Below, one piece after another: positions 11,423 to 20,360 of a DNA stretch of 64,000 nucleotides (position 1 is the stretch's first letter; each line of letters opens with the position of its first letter). The stretch is from an uncultured Spirochaetota bacterium (GTDB lineage Bacteria > Spirochaetota > Brevinematia > Brevinematales > JAOACQ01): positions 1,600,001-1,664,000 of the forward strand of contig CAVYGN010000001.1 in the NCBI GenBank assembly GCA_963768055.1, read 5' to 3'. A program made the position numbers and the translations under genes. Below the pieces are notes generated by a model, which searched no databases, was not told where the DNA came from, and saw nothing but the letters and a program-made list of their open reading frames with translations.

Positions 11423-12363
11423 AAGCCGATTTTCTTCATCTGTTCCTGAATCCTGGATTCCTCAATAGGAACGTAACCGGTTTCTTCGATATACTTCCTT
11501 CCCTGTGTCAGCGCCCACTTTACGAATTCTATAACAATCTTTTTGTGGGGCCTGCCCTTGAAGGCAAAATACAGGTCCCGGGCCGGAGGCGAAGGATATT
11601 TGTTTTCAGAGATCGCTTTTGTCAATTCAAAAAGACTATGATAAAAATCCTCATCCGCATCGATTTTCCCGTTCCCGTTTATATCGATCGGCAGTACGGC
11701 TATTCCCGGGATCGGCTGCCCTGTTCTGAAGTCGTAAGCAAAACTTATATTGTTATACCCGATGCCGAAGGTGTCTTTTTTTACCGCTTCAACAACCCCC
11801 GGATCGCCGAAAACCCCGACCCCTTTCAAATCCTCCTGATTTTTTCCAAGGTATGCCGCCCAGGTGCTGGCTGCTCCGCATGAATCGGAACGGGTATAAA
11901 TATTGATAGTGTCGTTTTTATTGTATCTGTAAAGTTCTTCCCAGCGCGACACCGAACCTTCTATGAAAATTTGTTTGAACTGCTTCTTTTTTAAACCCGA
12001 TTCCCGGATTTTCCCCAGCAACGGATTATTCACATTTACCGTACATACAACCGCATCGCGGGCCATGGCGATCCAGGTTATACCCTTATCTTCTTCGATC
12101 TTCGAAATTTCCCTGGATATGCTCCCGATGTCCGCCATTCCGGTAAGCGTATCCACCATACCCTTTCCTGCCCCGGCCGCCGATATATCGAATTTTACAT
12201 CCGGGTGGATTTTTTTGAATTCTTCCGCCCATTTGACTTCCATAGGGTACAGGGCAAAAGCCCCGGAAATTGTGATTGTTTTTTCCGGAGAACCGCCGCT
12301 GCCGCACGAACATACAATCATTGCAAAAAATGTAAGGAATACGGCCCGATAAAATTTACTCAT
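11419..12363 (-). CDS. PstS-family substrate-binding lipoprotein with atypical ligand residues (possibly sulfate-binding)
   Basis: PstS-fold motifs recognisable (ISGAFALYP, AGAGKG, DIGSISR, TRSDSCGAA, GIGY, YP). ATG at 12363 follows a GAGG RBS; lipoprotein-type signal ending in IVCSC. Confidence 0.85.
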   Translation of the reverse strand: MSKFYRAVFLTFFAMIVCSCGSGGSPEKTITISGAFALYPMEVKWAEEFKKIHPDVKFDISAAGAGKGMVDTLTGMADIGSISREISKIEEDKGITWIAMARDAVVCTVNVNNPLLGKIRESGLKKKQFKQIFIEGSVSRWEELYRYNKNDTINIYTRSDSCGAASTWAAYLGKNQEDLKGVGVFGDPGVVEAVKKDTFGIGYNNISFAYDFRTGQPIPGIAVLPIDINGNGKIDADEDFYHSLFELTKAISENKYPSPPARDLYFAFKGRPHKKIVIEFVKWALTQGRKYIEETGYVPIEESRIQEQMKKIGF

Positions 12364-12388
12364 ATATACCTCAAAAATTAAGATTATG

Positions 12389-12793
12389 CTAGATAAAATC
12401 ATGAAGGCTTAAATTCTCCAGCCGGGCAGATATATAATCCCTGATATCTTTCATAACTGCAAGGACTTTTTTTTCATTCTCAATCGGGGTATGCTCAAAA
12501 AAATAGGTGCTGACGGACTCGGTCGGCGCTAGTGCGCCGTCCATTAACCTGATAACCTGGGCCAGTGAAATATCCTTCGGATCTCTGGCAAGCTTATAGC
12601 CGCCGCTGGAACCCCTTTTGGTCTTTATGATTGAATTTTGCTTTAACAGCAGGAATAACTGCTCCAGGTATTTTTTTGAAATATGGTATTGCCGGCAGAT
12701 AGCCTCGATTTTGACATATTCATGTTCGTCTTGATTGCGCGCTATATACAGCAGGGCCAGCAGGGAATATTCGCTTTTTGTCGTAAGCTTCAT
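12389..12793 (-). CDS. Rrf2-family transcriptional regulator (CymR-like, no Fe-S cysteine triad)
   Basis: MKLTTKSEY, YLEQLF, RGSSGGYKLAR, DISLAQVIRLMDG; lacks the IscR-type C-terminal cysteines. Confidence 0.93.
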   Translation of the reverse strand: MKLTTKSEYSLLALLYIARNQDEHEYVKIEAICRQYHISKKYLEQLFLLLKQNSIIKTKRGSSGGYKLARDPKDISLAQVIRLMDGALAPTESVSTYFFEHTPIENEKKVLAVMKDIRDYISARLENLSLHDFI

Positions 12794-12820
12794 ACCTTGT
12801 CCGTATACAAGTTTAGTTAT

Positions 12821-12849
12821 AGTATAGGCAAGGTATAGAAGCCTGTCAA
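12821..12849 (-). promoter_or_regulatory. Sigma70-type promoter for the rrf2-pst-cys operon
   Basis: Minus strand TTGACA (12849-12844), 17 nt, TATACT (12826-12821); overlapped by an imperfect inverted repeat at 12792-12836. Confidence 0.7.
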
Positions 12850-12869
12850 GTTAGGAAAGCATATCGCTA

Positions 12870-13520
12870 TCAGCCTATCCAGAGTCCTTCTATGCGAACC
12901 TGAAATCCGTCTTTGATTTTGAATAAAGCGTTAACAAGGCCGCAATGACGCCACTGGAGCATGCAATATCGCGGAAGGAAATAATACCTTTTCCCGATTT
13001 CCAGATTTACCCGGCTGTTCCTTACAATCCCTTCGTAAGCGGTCGTATTATAATACCCGATGTTGATGCCTCTTTCCCTGGCCTGTAGCGGCCCGGTTAC
13101 ATTCCAGACAACCGTTCCGTTAAAATAATCGGGTTCATCGACGATAACACCCGCATGAGTGACCGGGCATCCGCAGGAAATCCAGGCGGGTCTTCCGTAA
13201 ATTACATCCCCTCTTTTTAGCTTCAATTTTTCCACATTTGTAGGATTAAAAAGGATGATCGTTTCTCTCGGGCCAAGATCCTCTTTAAAGGTCTCCAGAA
13301 CAAAATCGTATTCCCGTTCCAGATTATCTTTCCAGCTTATGTTATTTAAAGATTCCTCAATCCGGCCGGTTCTGTCCGATTTTTCTTCATTAAATATGCA
13401 TCTTTCAAGTAATTCCGAATTATTCGAAGCGGAATCAGCCAATTCATTACAGGTTTTAAATCCGCAAATTCCGCAGTTTTTCCCCGGCAGTTTGAATTCA
13501 CTGTTTTGATCCATATTCAT
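12870..13520 (-). CDS. Uncharacterised Fe-S-binding protein
   Basis: N-terminal LPGxNCGxCGFxTC...C motif like the RnfB/CdhE FeS domain; further SCGCP and CMLQWRHCG cysteines. Confidence 0.8.
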   Translation of the reverse strand: MNMDQNSEFKLPGKNCGICGFKTCNELADSASNNSELLERCIFNEEKSDRTGRIEESLNNISWKDNLEREYDFVLETFKEDLGPRETIILFNPTNVEKLKLKRGDVIYGRPAWISCGCPVTHAGVIVDEPDYFNGTVVWNVTGPLQARERGINIGYYNTTAYEGIVRNSRVNLEIGKRYYFLPRYCMLQWRHCGLVNALFKIKDGFQVRIEGLWIG

Positions 13521-14215
13521 TCCCCTCTATAAAAAATATTCGAATCCAGCGGCCTCAGGACTCCATGATGCGCCTCTTTGCCGATCTCTTTCTTGCCTAC
13601 GCATATCGTGCAGGTGCCTACCGGAGGATTGCCTTTAAGCAGAATCGGATAGTGGAGGTTTTCAACATCCATGATCTTTTGCGAAACATAACCGATATTG
13701 ATTCCATGAAGGGCGTCGCTTTCTATTACAGGGACCGAGGCGGTTTCCTCTATTGTAGCGCGAAATACTTCACGCTCCGCCTGTGAAACCAGATCTATCT
13801 TTGTAACGACGGCAATATCGGCCAGGGATAGCATGGGACCGATCTTCCTCGGCAGGTTCATGCCGCTGGTCGCTTCTATGACGACAATTCCGAGGGCATG
13901 GTCGATATAAGGCGAACAGCGCAGGCACAATCCGGCCGTTTCCACGATCAGGATATCGGAAGACTCATTGACAGCCCATTTGATAGCGTCGCCCAGAACA
14001 ATGACATTGCAGTGGTCGGGGCAAAGATCGCCGGAATATACCTTCTTTGTCGGGATTCCGAATTCCTGATGGATAATAGAATCTTCATCCGCAAATTGCA
14101 CGTCTATTTTAAGATAACTGACCCTGAGATTTTCTTTCTGCAATTTTTTAATAACCTGTTTGATGACGGTTGTTTTACCGCTGGTAGGCGGCCCTGCGAA
14201 AATAGCTGCTTTCAT
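13517..14215 (-). CDS. HypB/UreG-like (G3E) GTPase
   Basis: GPPTSGKT P-loop, LCPDHC, ETAGLCLRC, TKID G4 motif, C-terminal CTIC. Confidence 0.85.
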   Translation of the reverse strand: MKAAIFAGPPTSGKTTVIKQVIKKLQKENLRVSYLKIDVQFADEDSIIHQEFGIPTKKVYSGDLCPDHCNVIVLGDAIKWAVNESSDILIVETAGLCLRCSPYIDHALGIVVIEATSGMNLPRKIGPMLSLADIAVVTKIDLVSQAEREVFRATIEETASVPVIESDALHGINIGYVSQKIMDVENLHYPILLKGNPPVGTCTICVGKKEIGKEAHHGVLRPLDSNIFYRGE

Positions 14216-15036
14216 TGTATGTTTTCCCCCTTTGACATACTATATCCGAATGCTATGAGCCTCTCATTCAGCATATCTTCAGTCAATCTTTCTCCATTGC
14301 GGATCTGTTTTCGGAAATATAGTATAATATCGTCCAGTTTTTTGATCTCTTCCGCAACCCTGAGTTCTTCATCATGGGCCATTATCAGCTGCTGCATAGC
14401 GCCGTTTTTCATAACGACACGGTAATCCGAAAGCAGGGCTATTCTCGGGTCATGCGTGACAAAAATAAATATTTTTTCATACTTTTTAAGAAGCTCAAGG
14501 GCCTTGGTCCGGTGTATTCCCGCATTCTCGATTTCATCCAGCAGTATGATCGGAGAATTACCTATTATTACGGCATCCGCGATGAGAAGGGCCCGGGTCT
14601 GGCCTCCCGAAAGCTCCGTCATTTTATTGTGGACCTCTATGGGTTCTCCGGTCAGCTGGTTTGAAAAATCCAGTGTTTCCTCGATTATCGAATCCGGCCT
14701 CAATGTCTTCCTTATCCGCGCATGTTTCGTTAAAAAGTCGCTGACATTCAAATCTGAAAGAAAATTAGTATGCTGGGTTATGAGGGCGATCGGATGGAGG
14801 GAAGGTTCAAGCGTTCTGCTGTTCGCTGTTCTCTCGCCGTTGATAAAAATCTTCCGTCGCGTCGGTGTGTTGTCGTTTGCAAAGAGTTCGATGTCGTTGA
14901 TCAAGGTGGTTTTTCCCGACCCCGTAGGTCCGACAATACTGATAATGTCGCCCATTTTTAAAGTGATTTCAGCGATCTTGTCCGGTTCGCCTTTTTTGCC
15001 GATTCCGCCGATAATCGTAAGCGATTGAATTTCCAT
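14212..15036 (-). CDS. Stand-alone ABC ATPase (no adjacent permease)
   Basis: GPTGSGKT, LSGGQ, ILLDE, THD motifs; 4-bp overlap with the GTPase gene. Confidence 0.85.
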   Translation of the reverse strand: MEIQSLTIIGGIGKKGEPDKIAEITLKMGDIISIVGPTGSGKTTLINDIELFANDNTPTRRKIFINGERTANSRTLEPSLHPIALITQHTNFLSDLNVSDFLTKHARIRKTLRPDSIIEETLDFSNQLTGEPIEVHNKMTELSGGQTRALLIADAVIIGNSPIILLDEIENAGIHRTKALELLKKYEKIFIFVTHDPRIALLSDYRVVMKNGAMQQLIMAHDEELRVAEEIKKLDDIILYFRKQIRNGERLTEDMLNERLIAFGYSMSKGENIQ

Positions 15037-15080
15037 AGTTATCTCCCCTATATTAAAATATTCAATACTGAAATTTTATT

Positions 15081-16238
15081 TCACCTCGACCATATCGAAT
15101 TCAGGTTTTTTATGCTTTTTAAAAGAATATCAAGAAAACGGTCAATATCTTCCTCCGTTGTCTGCCTCCCAAGAGTAATGCGCAATGCCCCGATAGATTG
15201 AACAGGATTGCGGCCGATAGCTGCCAGCACATGAGATATTTTTTTTGAATTTGACGAACATGCTGAACCTGTTGAAACGCATATTCCTTCCCGGTCCAAC
15301 GCCATGAGCAAATTCGGGGCCTGTCCTTCGAGGCCGTTAAACCCTATATTAACATTATTGGGAAGGCGGATATCCCTATGCCCGTTCAGGTAAGCCGATG
15401 AAATATTTTCAATAACGGTTCCGATAATTCTATCTCTCAGCGCCTGGAGCCGCCCGGACTCATCCTCTAAACCTTCTAAACACAGCCGGACGGCTTTTGC
15501 AAAACCGACAATTCCGGGAACATTTTCAGTCGATGAGCGCATCCCGTATTCCTGCCCTCCGCCATGCTGCCATGGCGTCAATTTTATTCCATTCCGGATA
15601 TATAATGCGCCTATTCCCTTCGGACCATAAATTTTATGGGAATTGATCGTCGCCAGATCGACATTAAATTTTTCAACGTCGAAAGGAATTTTGCCGAACG
15701 ATTGGCATGCATCGGTATGAAAACAGACTCTGTTTTCCCGGCAGAACCTGCCTATTATTTCAATCGGTTGTATGACGCCGATTTCGTTATTGGCATGCAT
15801 AACGGACACCAAAATGGTTTCCGGAAGAAAACTGTTTTTCAACCGGTCGGTATCGATAAGCCCGTCCGAATCGACCGGGATAAAAGAAATATTAAAACCC
15901 TGGGTCTGGAGCCATTTGCATGAATTAATAATGCAATCGTGTTCGATCGCAGAAACAATTATATGATTCCCTCTTGCCCTGTTGGCGAAGGCATATCCTT
16001 TCAGTGCCAGATTATTGGATTCCGTCCCTCCCGAGGTAAATACCAATTCTTCAGCATAAGCGCTAATAGAGGAAGCTATCTCCATCCTGGCATTTTTTAC
16101 CGCTTCATGCGCTTCGAATCCTTTACTATGAAGGCTGGAGGGGTTTCCAAAACCTTCTGAAAAATACGGCATCATAGCCTGAAGGACCCTGCCGTCCATA
16201 GGAGTTGTAGCCGCGTTATCCAGATAAATTGCTTTCAT
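15081..16238 (-). CDS. iscS: Cysteine desulfurase, IscS/NifS group
   Basis: YLDNAATT, FTSGGTESNN, NNEIG, HTDACQ, SHKIYGPKG, STGSACSS (catalytic Cys). Confidence 0.93.
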   Translation of the reverse strand: MKAIYLDNAATTPMDGRVLQAMMPYFSEGFGNPSSLHSKGFEAHEAVKNARMEIASSISAYAEELVFTSGGTESNNLALKGYAFANRARGNHIIVSAIEHDCIINSCKWLQTQGFNISFIPVDSDGLIDTDRLKNSFLPETILVSVMHANNEIGVIQPIEIIGRFCRENRVCFHTDACQSFGKIPFDVEKFNVDLATINSHKIYGPKGIGALYIRNGIKLTPWQHGGGQEYGMRSSTENVPGIVGFAKAVRLCLEGLEDESGRLQALRDRIIGTVIENISSAYLNGHRDIRLPNNVNIGFNGLEGQAPNLLMALDREGICVSTGSACSSNSKKISHVLAAIGRNPVQSIGALRITLGRQTTEEDIDRFLDILLKSIKNLNSIWSR

Positions 16239-16264
16239 GATTTTCTCTCTATAAAAAAATAATA

Positions 16265-16320
16265 ATTGTATATAAAGTCCATAGACAATATATATTATAT
16301 CAAATCCGATGTTTTGTCAA
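16265..16320 (-). promoter_or_regulatory. Promoter and palindromic operator upstream of the desulfurase operon
   Basis: Minus strand TTGACA (16320-16315), 17 nt, TAATAT (16297-16292), followed by the dyad ATTGTCTAT-N7-ATATACAAT (16289-16265). Confidence 0.6.
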
Positions 16321-16436
16321 TAATTATTTTAAAATTATTTTAAAAGATTGTTTTACTTATTTAATTTCAAATTATATAATATTTAATCATTCCCGAATTA
16401 AATATACGAAAATCAAAAAATCATTAAGGATTCAGC

Positions 16437-17480
16437 ATGGAACAAAAATTAGATAAAAAATGTATGTTCGTCCTCGGCATGCACCGGAGCGGGACTTCGC
16501 TTGTAATGGGCGCATTAAATAAAATGGGCGTTTATCTGGGCAATGATTTGTTAAAACCTACTGCGGACAATCCGAAAGGTTATTTTGAAAATCAAAATCT
16601 GGTCGATATCGATGAGAAAATATTATCCTGTTATAATTCATCATGGGATGATTTATTGATCCTCGATAACGATTTTGCAAAAAATGAAAAGTTCGAACAG
16701 ATATTGATCGATATAAAACAATTTATTGAAAAGGAATTTGCCGGCATTCCTGTTTTCGGATTGAAGGATCCCCGATTGTGCAGGCTTCTTCCATTTTGGG
16801 ACAGTGTTTTGACAAAAATGAAAATACAGGAATATTTTATAATACCCCTGCGCAATCCCCTTGAAATAGCCGCCTCCCTTGAAAATAGAGATGGATTCAG
16901 CCTGGAAAAATCTTTTATTCTCTGGATGAATCACATGTTTGAAGCTGAATTATATACAAGAGGAAAGAACCGTATTTTTATAAATTATGACTACCTGCTT
17001 AAGCAGCCGGAAACCGCTGTCGAATCTATTATAAAAAAATTAAATATCGATTATTTAACGACTTACCGGCAAATGAAATCCGAATTGGATGATTTATTTG
17101 ATCCGGACCTGAAACATTTTAATATGCCGGATATAAGGGGCGATAAACGGCTTATTGAACTTGTCCATGAATTTCATATTTCTTTACTTAATTTGTCGCA
17201 CGACGATATGTCCGAAAAGGAATTGATTAAAATAAATGAACAAAGGGAAAGATATTATAAACAGCACCGTTTTTTTTATAACAGGGATTTGGTAGATTTA
17301 TTGAACTTATTGAAAGAAACCAAGATCATTAATCATAATTTGACTGTTGAATTATGGAATACAAACAGCCTGTTGCAGGAAAAAGAAAAAATAATAGATG
17401 AAATTTATAATTCAAGAGGCTGGAAATTAATTACAAAATACCGGGAAATAAAGCTAAAGATTTTTCCGAAACATGGTTAA
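16437..17480 (+). CDS. Sulfotransferase-family protein with C-terminal coiled coil
   Basis: LGMHRSGTS PAPS-binding loop, NPKGYFE, LKDPRL, RNPLE; helical tail ending in NSRGWKL. Confidence 0.85.
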   Translation: MEQKLDKKCMFVLGMHRSGTSLVMGALNKMGVYLGNDLLKPTADNPKGYFENQNLVDIDEKILSCYNSSWDDLLILDNDFAKNEKFEQILIDIKQFIEKEFAGIPVFGLKDPRLCRLLPFWDSVLTKMKIQEYFIIPLRNPLEIAASLENRDGFSLEKSFILWMNHMFEAELYTRGKNRIFINYDYLLKQPETAVESIIKKLNIDYLTTYRQMKSELDDLFDPDLKHFNMPDIRGDKRLIELVHEFHISLLNLSHDDMSEKELIKINEQRERYYKQHRFFYNRDLVDLLNLLKETKIINHNLTVELWNTNSLLQEKEKIIDEIYNSRGWKLITKYREIKLKIFPKHG

Positions 17481-17592
17481 CAGCGCCCTTCTCTGCCTCT
17501 ATACCGGCCTGTGAACATTTTAACCGCATCTGCTGCAGCCTTGAAAACGAATAGATTACGTGAAGTTATCGGGAGATGATCGGAAATCTTTC

Positions 17593-17621
17593 TTGAAATA
17601 TTATGCTTTTTAATTTATAAT
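17593..17621 (+). promoter_or_regulatory. Sigma70-type promoter for wzm-wzt
   Basis: TTGAAA, 17 nt, TATAAT. Confidence 0.6.
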
Positions 17622-17678
17622 TTATGTTATTTTCAGGGGCTAAGGTAAGCGTATCAAAATAAAAATTTTTGAGGCGGC

Positions 17679-18458
17679 ATGTTTAAGGAAATTCAGGAAG
17701 CGTTCAAATACAGATTTGTCATACAAAACTATGTTTATACCAATCTCAAACTGAAATACAGAAGATCCCTGCTGGGTTACTTATGGGCCGTCATTGCTCC
17801 CATGTTCAGATATCTGGTAATCGGCATAGTATTTTATTATATCTCCAAAATGAGGGACCCGCATTATTTCGGATTTATGTTTATGGGATCGATATTTTAC
17901 AGTTATATGACCGTAGTGCTTCTGGCCAGTACTAATGTTTTCATTCAAAACGAAATGTATATTAAAAAAATTTACGTGCCTAAACTTGTATTCGTGCTGA
18001 ACATTATTTTTTATGAAATGGTTAATTTCGCATTGGTTTTGCTCGGCATTATACTTCTGGGCCTTATTTTAGGCCAGCTGCAATTATCCTTTTATATGTT
18101 TATGATGATCTATGCCGTAATAATCACAACCTTTTTTTTAATAGGATGGGCCGCCATATTGGGGGTTATTACCATCTATTTCAGGGATTTGACGCATATG
18201 CTGGACATACTCCTTCAGGCCGTTTATTTCGCGACCCCGATCCTTTATTCGGTAGCGATTTTACCTAAAACATTTGCCGGCCTTGTCAAGCTCAACCCTT
18301 TTTATTATTTTGTGGAATTATTCAGGGTGCCCGTGCTCCAGCAAAAGTTTCCCGATCCCGACATCCTGCTGGTAACATTCGGCCTGTCGGTTCTGTCGTT
18401 CTTTTTAGGACTGATGATATTGAAAAAGTTTAACAATAGAATTGTATTCAAATTATAA
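17679..18458 (+). CDS. wzm: Polysaccharide ABC exporter permease
   Basis: KYRRSLLGYLW, FRDL, YFATPILY, LNPF motifs; six TM helices. Confidence 0.92.
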   Translation: MFKEIQEAFKYRFVIQNYVYTNLKLKYRRSLLGYLWAVIAPMFRYLVIGIVFYYISKMRDPHYFGFMFMGSIFYSYMTVVLLASTNVFIQNEMYIKKIYVPKLVFVLNIIFYEMVNFALVLLGIILLGLILGQLQLSFYMFMMIYAVIITTFFLIGWAAILGVITIYFRDLTHMLDILLQAVYFATPILYSVAILPKTFAGLVKLNPFYYFVELFRVPVLQQKFPDPDILLVTFGLSVLSFFLGLMILKKFNNRIVFKL

Positions 18459-18470
18459 GGACTTGAAAAT

Positions 18471-19274
18471 ATGAACCCTAAAGATTGTAAAATAAAGTTT
18501 GAAAACGTTTCACTTACATATGACCTCTACTATGATAAAACAACATCTCTTAAAGAGTTCCTCATCAATTTAGTTGTTAGAAGAAAATATGTTGAAAAAA
18601 AATTAGGCAAGTTGAACGCATTGAACAAGATCAACCTGGAAATCGAGCATGGGCAAAGACTCGGCGTAATCGGCTTGAACGGGGCCGGCAAGAGCACCCT
18701 TCTCAAAGTAATAGCCGGACTTTTAAAACCCACAGAAGGCAATATTGAAATTTTCGGAAATGTACAGCCTTTAATAGAAGTTGGGGCCGGTTTTAACATG
18801 GAATTCAGCGGAAGGGAGAATATTTATTTTAACGGAGCGATGCTCGGGTTCTCGAAAAAGGAAATAAAGGAAAAAGAGGAAGAGATCATAAAATTTTCAG
18901 AACTGGATAGATTCATCGATGTGCCGGTTAAATATTATTCATCTGGAATGATCTTGAGACTGGCTTTTACGATCGCGACCATAATTCATCCCGAGATATT
19001 GGTTCTGGATGAAATAATATCAGCGGGAGATATCGAGTTTATCCAGAAAGCCAAGGAAAGGATCAATAAACTGCTTAGTTCCGCAAAGATACTTGTGATT
19101 GTAAGCCATGACCTGGGTTTGATAAAGTCGTTAGCCTTACGGACAATCGTCCTGGAACATGGAGAGATAATTTTTAACGGTGAGACGAAAGAGGCGATTG
19201 AATTTTATCATGATAAGGCATTAAGAGATATGGAATCAAGAAAAATCAAGGAATCCCAGAATGCGGGGAAATGA
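18471..19274 (+). CDS. wzt: Polysaccharide ABC exporter ATPase (no C-terminal carbohydrate-binding domain)
   Basis: GLNGAGKST, SGRENI, PVKYYSSGM, LDE, VSHD; only 267 aa. Confidence 0.93.
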   Translation: MNPKDCKIKFENVSLTYDLYYDKTTSLKEFLINLVVRRKYVEKKLGKLNALNKINLEIEHGQRLGVIGLNGAGKSTLLKVIAGLLKPTEGNIEIFGNVQPLIEVGAGFNMEFSGRENIYFNGAMLGFSKKEIKEKEEEIIKFSELDRFIDVPVKYYSSGMILRLAFTIATIIHPEILVLDEIISAGDIEFIQKAKERINKLLSSAKILVIVSHDLGLIKSLALRTIVLEHGEIIFNGETKEAIEFYHDKALRDMESRKIKESQNAGK

Positions 19275-19303
19275 TAATTTCAACCAATAAATGTCCGCCC
19301 CGA

Positions 19304-20239
19304 TCATATAAAAAAGAAAAGACCCATTGTCCTGGCGAATCCGCTTTTATAAAAACCGTTTACTAATAATTTCCAGCGTTTAGTAAAAAAATTACAACCG
19401 TTTATATTCGCATAATCGGAAATTATTTTTTGATTTTTTGGGCTCAACCTGTTCTTATTTAATTTATAAAAAACCGCCGCCTGTCTCTGGTCGCTTTGAA
19501 TATTCGCTTTGATTATTTTTTTCTTATTGATAAAAGTATCGATAATATAAGTTGAGTTGAATTTGGAAGATCCGATCGCGTTTTCCCTATGCTGTCTGTA
19601 AAATACCAGGGGATCCGCTATATAACCTATCCTGCCGAAAGCCGCCGCCGTAATAGCCATCCACCAGTCATGTATCCTCGCCTCAGCGGGAAAGGGAACT
19701 GCATATTCCTTTAGCTTCCTGTTGACGATTACCGTACAGCCGGTCACTATGTTCTGTACGAGCAGGCGGTTTAAACTCTTTCCTATGTCAGGATTTAAAC
19801 GCTGGTAATGCCAATAAGACCTGTCGAGTATATTCAGGTCTTCATCGACAACCGTCAAATCCGAATGCGCCAACAAGGGAATATCCTTCCCATACTCGTC
19901 TTCCATTTTTTTTATCTCTTTATAGGACCTTCCGACCTTTTCAGGCAGCCACCTGTCGTCCTGGTCGCAGAGCATAATATAATCGGCGGTGGAGGCGTCG
20001 AGAAGTCTTTCGTAATTTTTTATTATTCCAAGCCTTTCACCGCCGGATGTTATCAAGACGAACCTGCCTGGGTTGTCTTTTAAATAACTTCCCAGTATTT
20101 CAGGGCTGTCATCCGCCGAACAGTCATCCCGGATGATTAATTTCCAGTCGTCAAAGTCCTGTTTAATTATCGAATCCAGCAGTACTTTAAGATATTGTGC
20201 CCCGTTATAAACCGGAAGAAGGATATCGATACTGTGCAT
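19304..20239 (-). CDS. Family 2 glycosyltransferase (rhamnosyltransferase-like)
   Basis: YNGAQYL, RDDCS, CDQDDRW, VTGCT, HDWW, YRQH motifs. Confidence 0.9.
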   Translation of the reverse strand: MHSIDILLPVYNGAQYLKVLLDSIIKQDFDDWKLIIRDDCSADDSPEILGSYLKDNPGRFVLITSGGERLGIIKNYERLLDASTADYIMLCDQDDRWLPEKVGRSYKEIKKMEDEYGKDIPLLAHSDLTVVDEDLNILDRSYWHYQRLNPDIGKSLNRLLVQNIVTGCTVIVNRKLKEYAVPFPAEARIHDWWMAITAAAFGRIGYIADPLVFYRQHRENAIGSSKFNSTYIIDTFINKKKIIKANIQSDQRQAAVFYKLNKNRLSPKNQKIISDYANINGCNFFTKRWKLLVNGFYKSGFARTMGLFFFI

Positions 20240-20360
20240 TGTTATTTCTCCAGCAGTATTATTTTAACCTGCAATTGCCGTTTGGGCAAGTATAGCCGGT
20301 AGTCTAGTTCGCCCCTCTATATTTTGAAAATAATCTGTTTTTGATTCATAATCTCCAGGT

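Noticed and set aside
13517..14215. Annotation as hydrogenase/urease maturase hypB/ureG
   Set aside because: No hydrogenase, urease or other hyp/ure genes in the window; only family-level similarity is supported.
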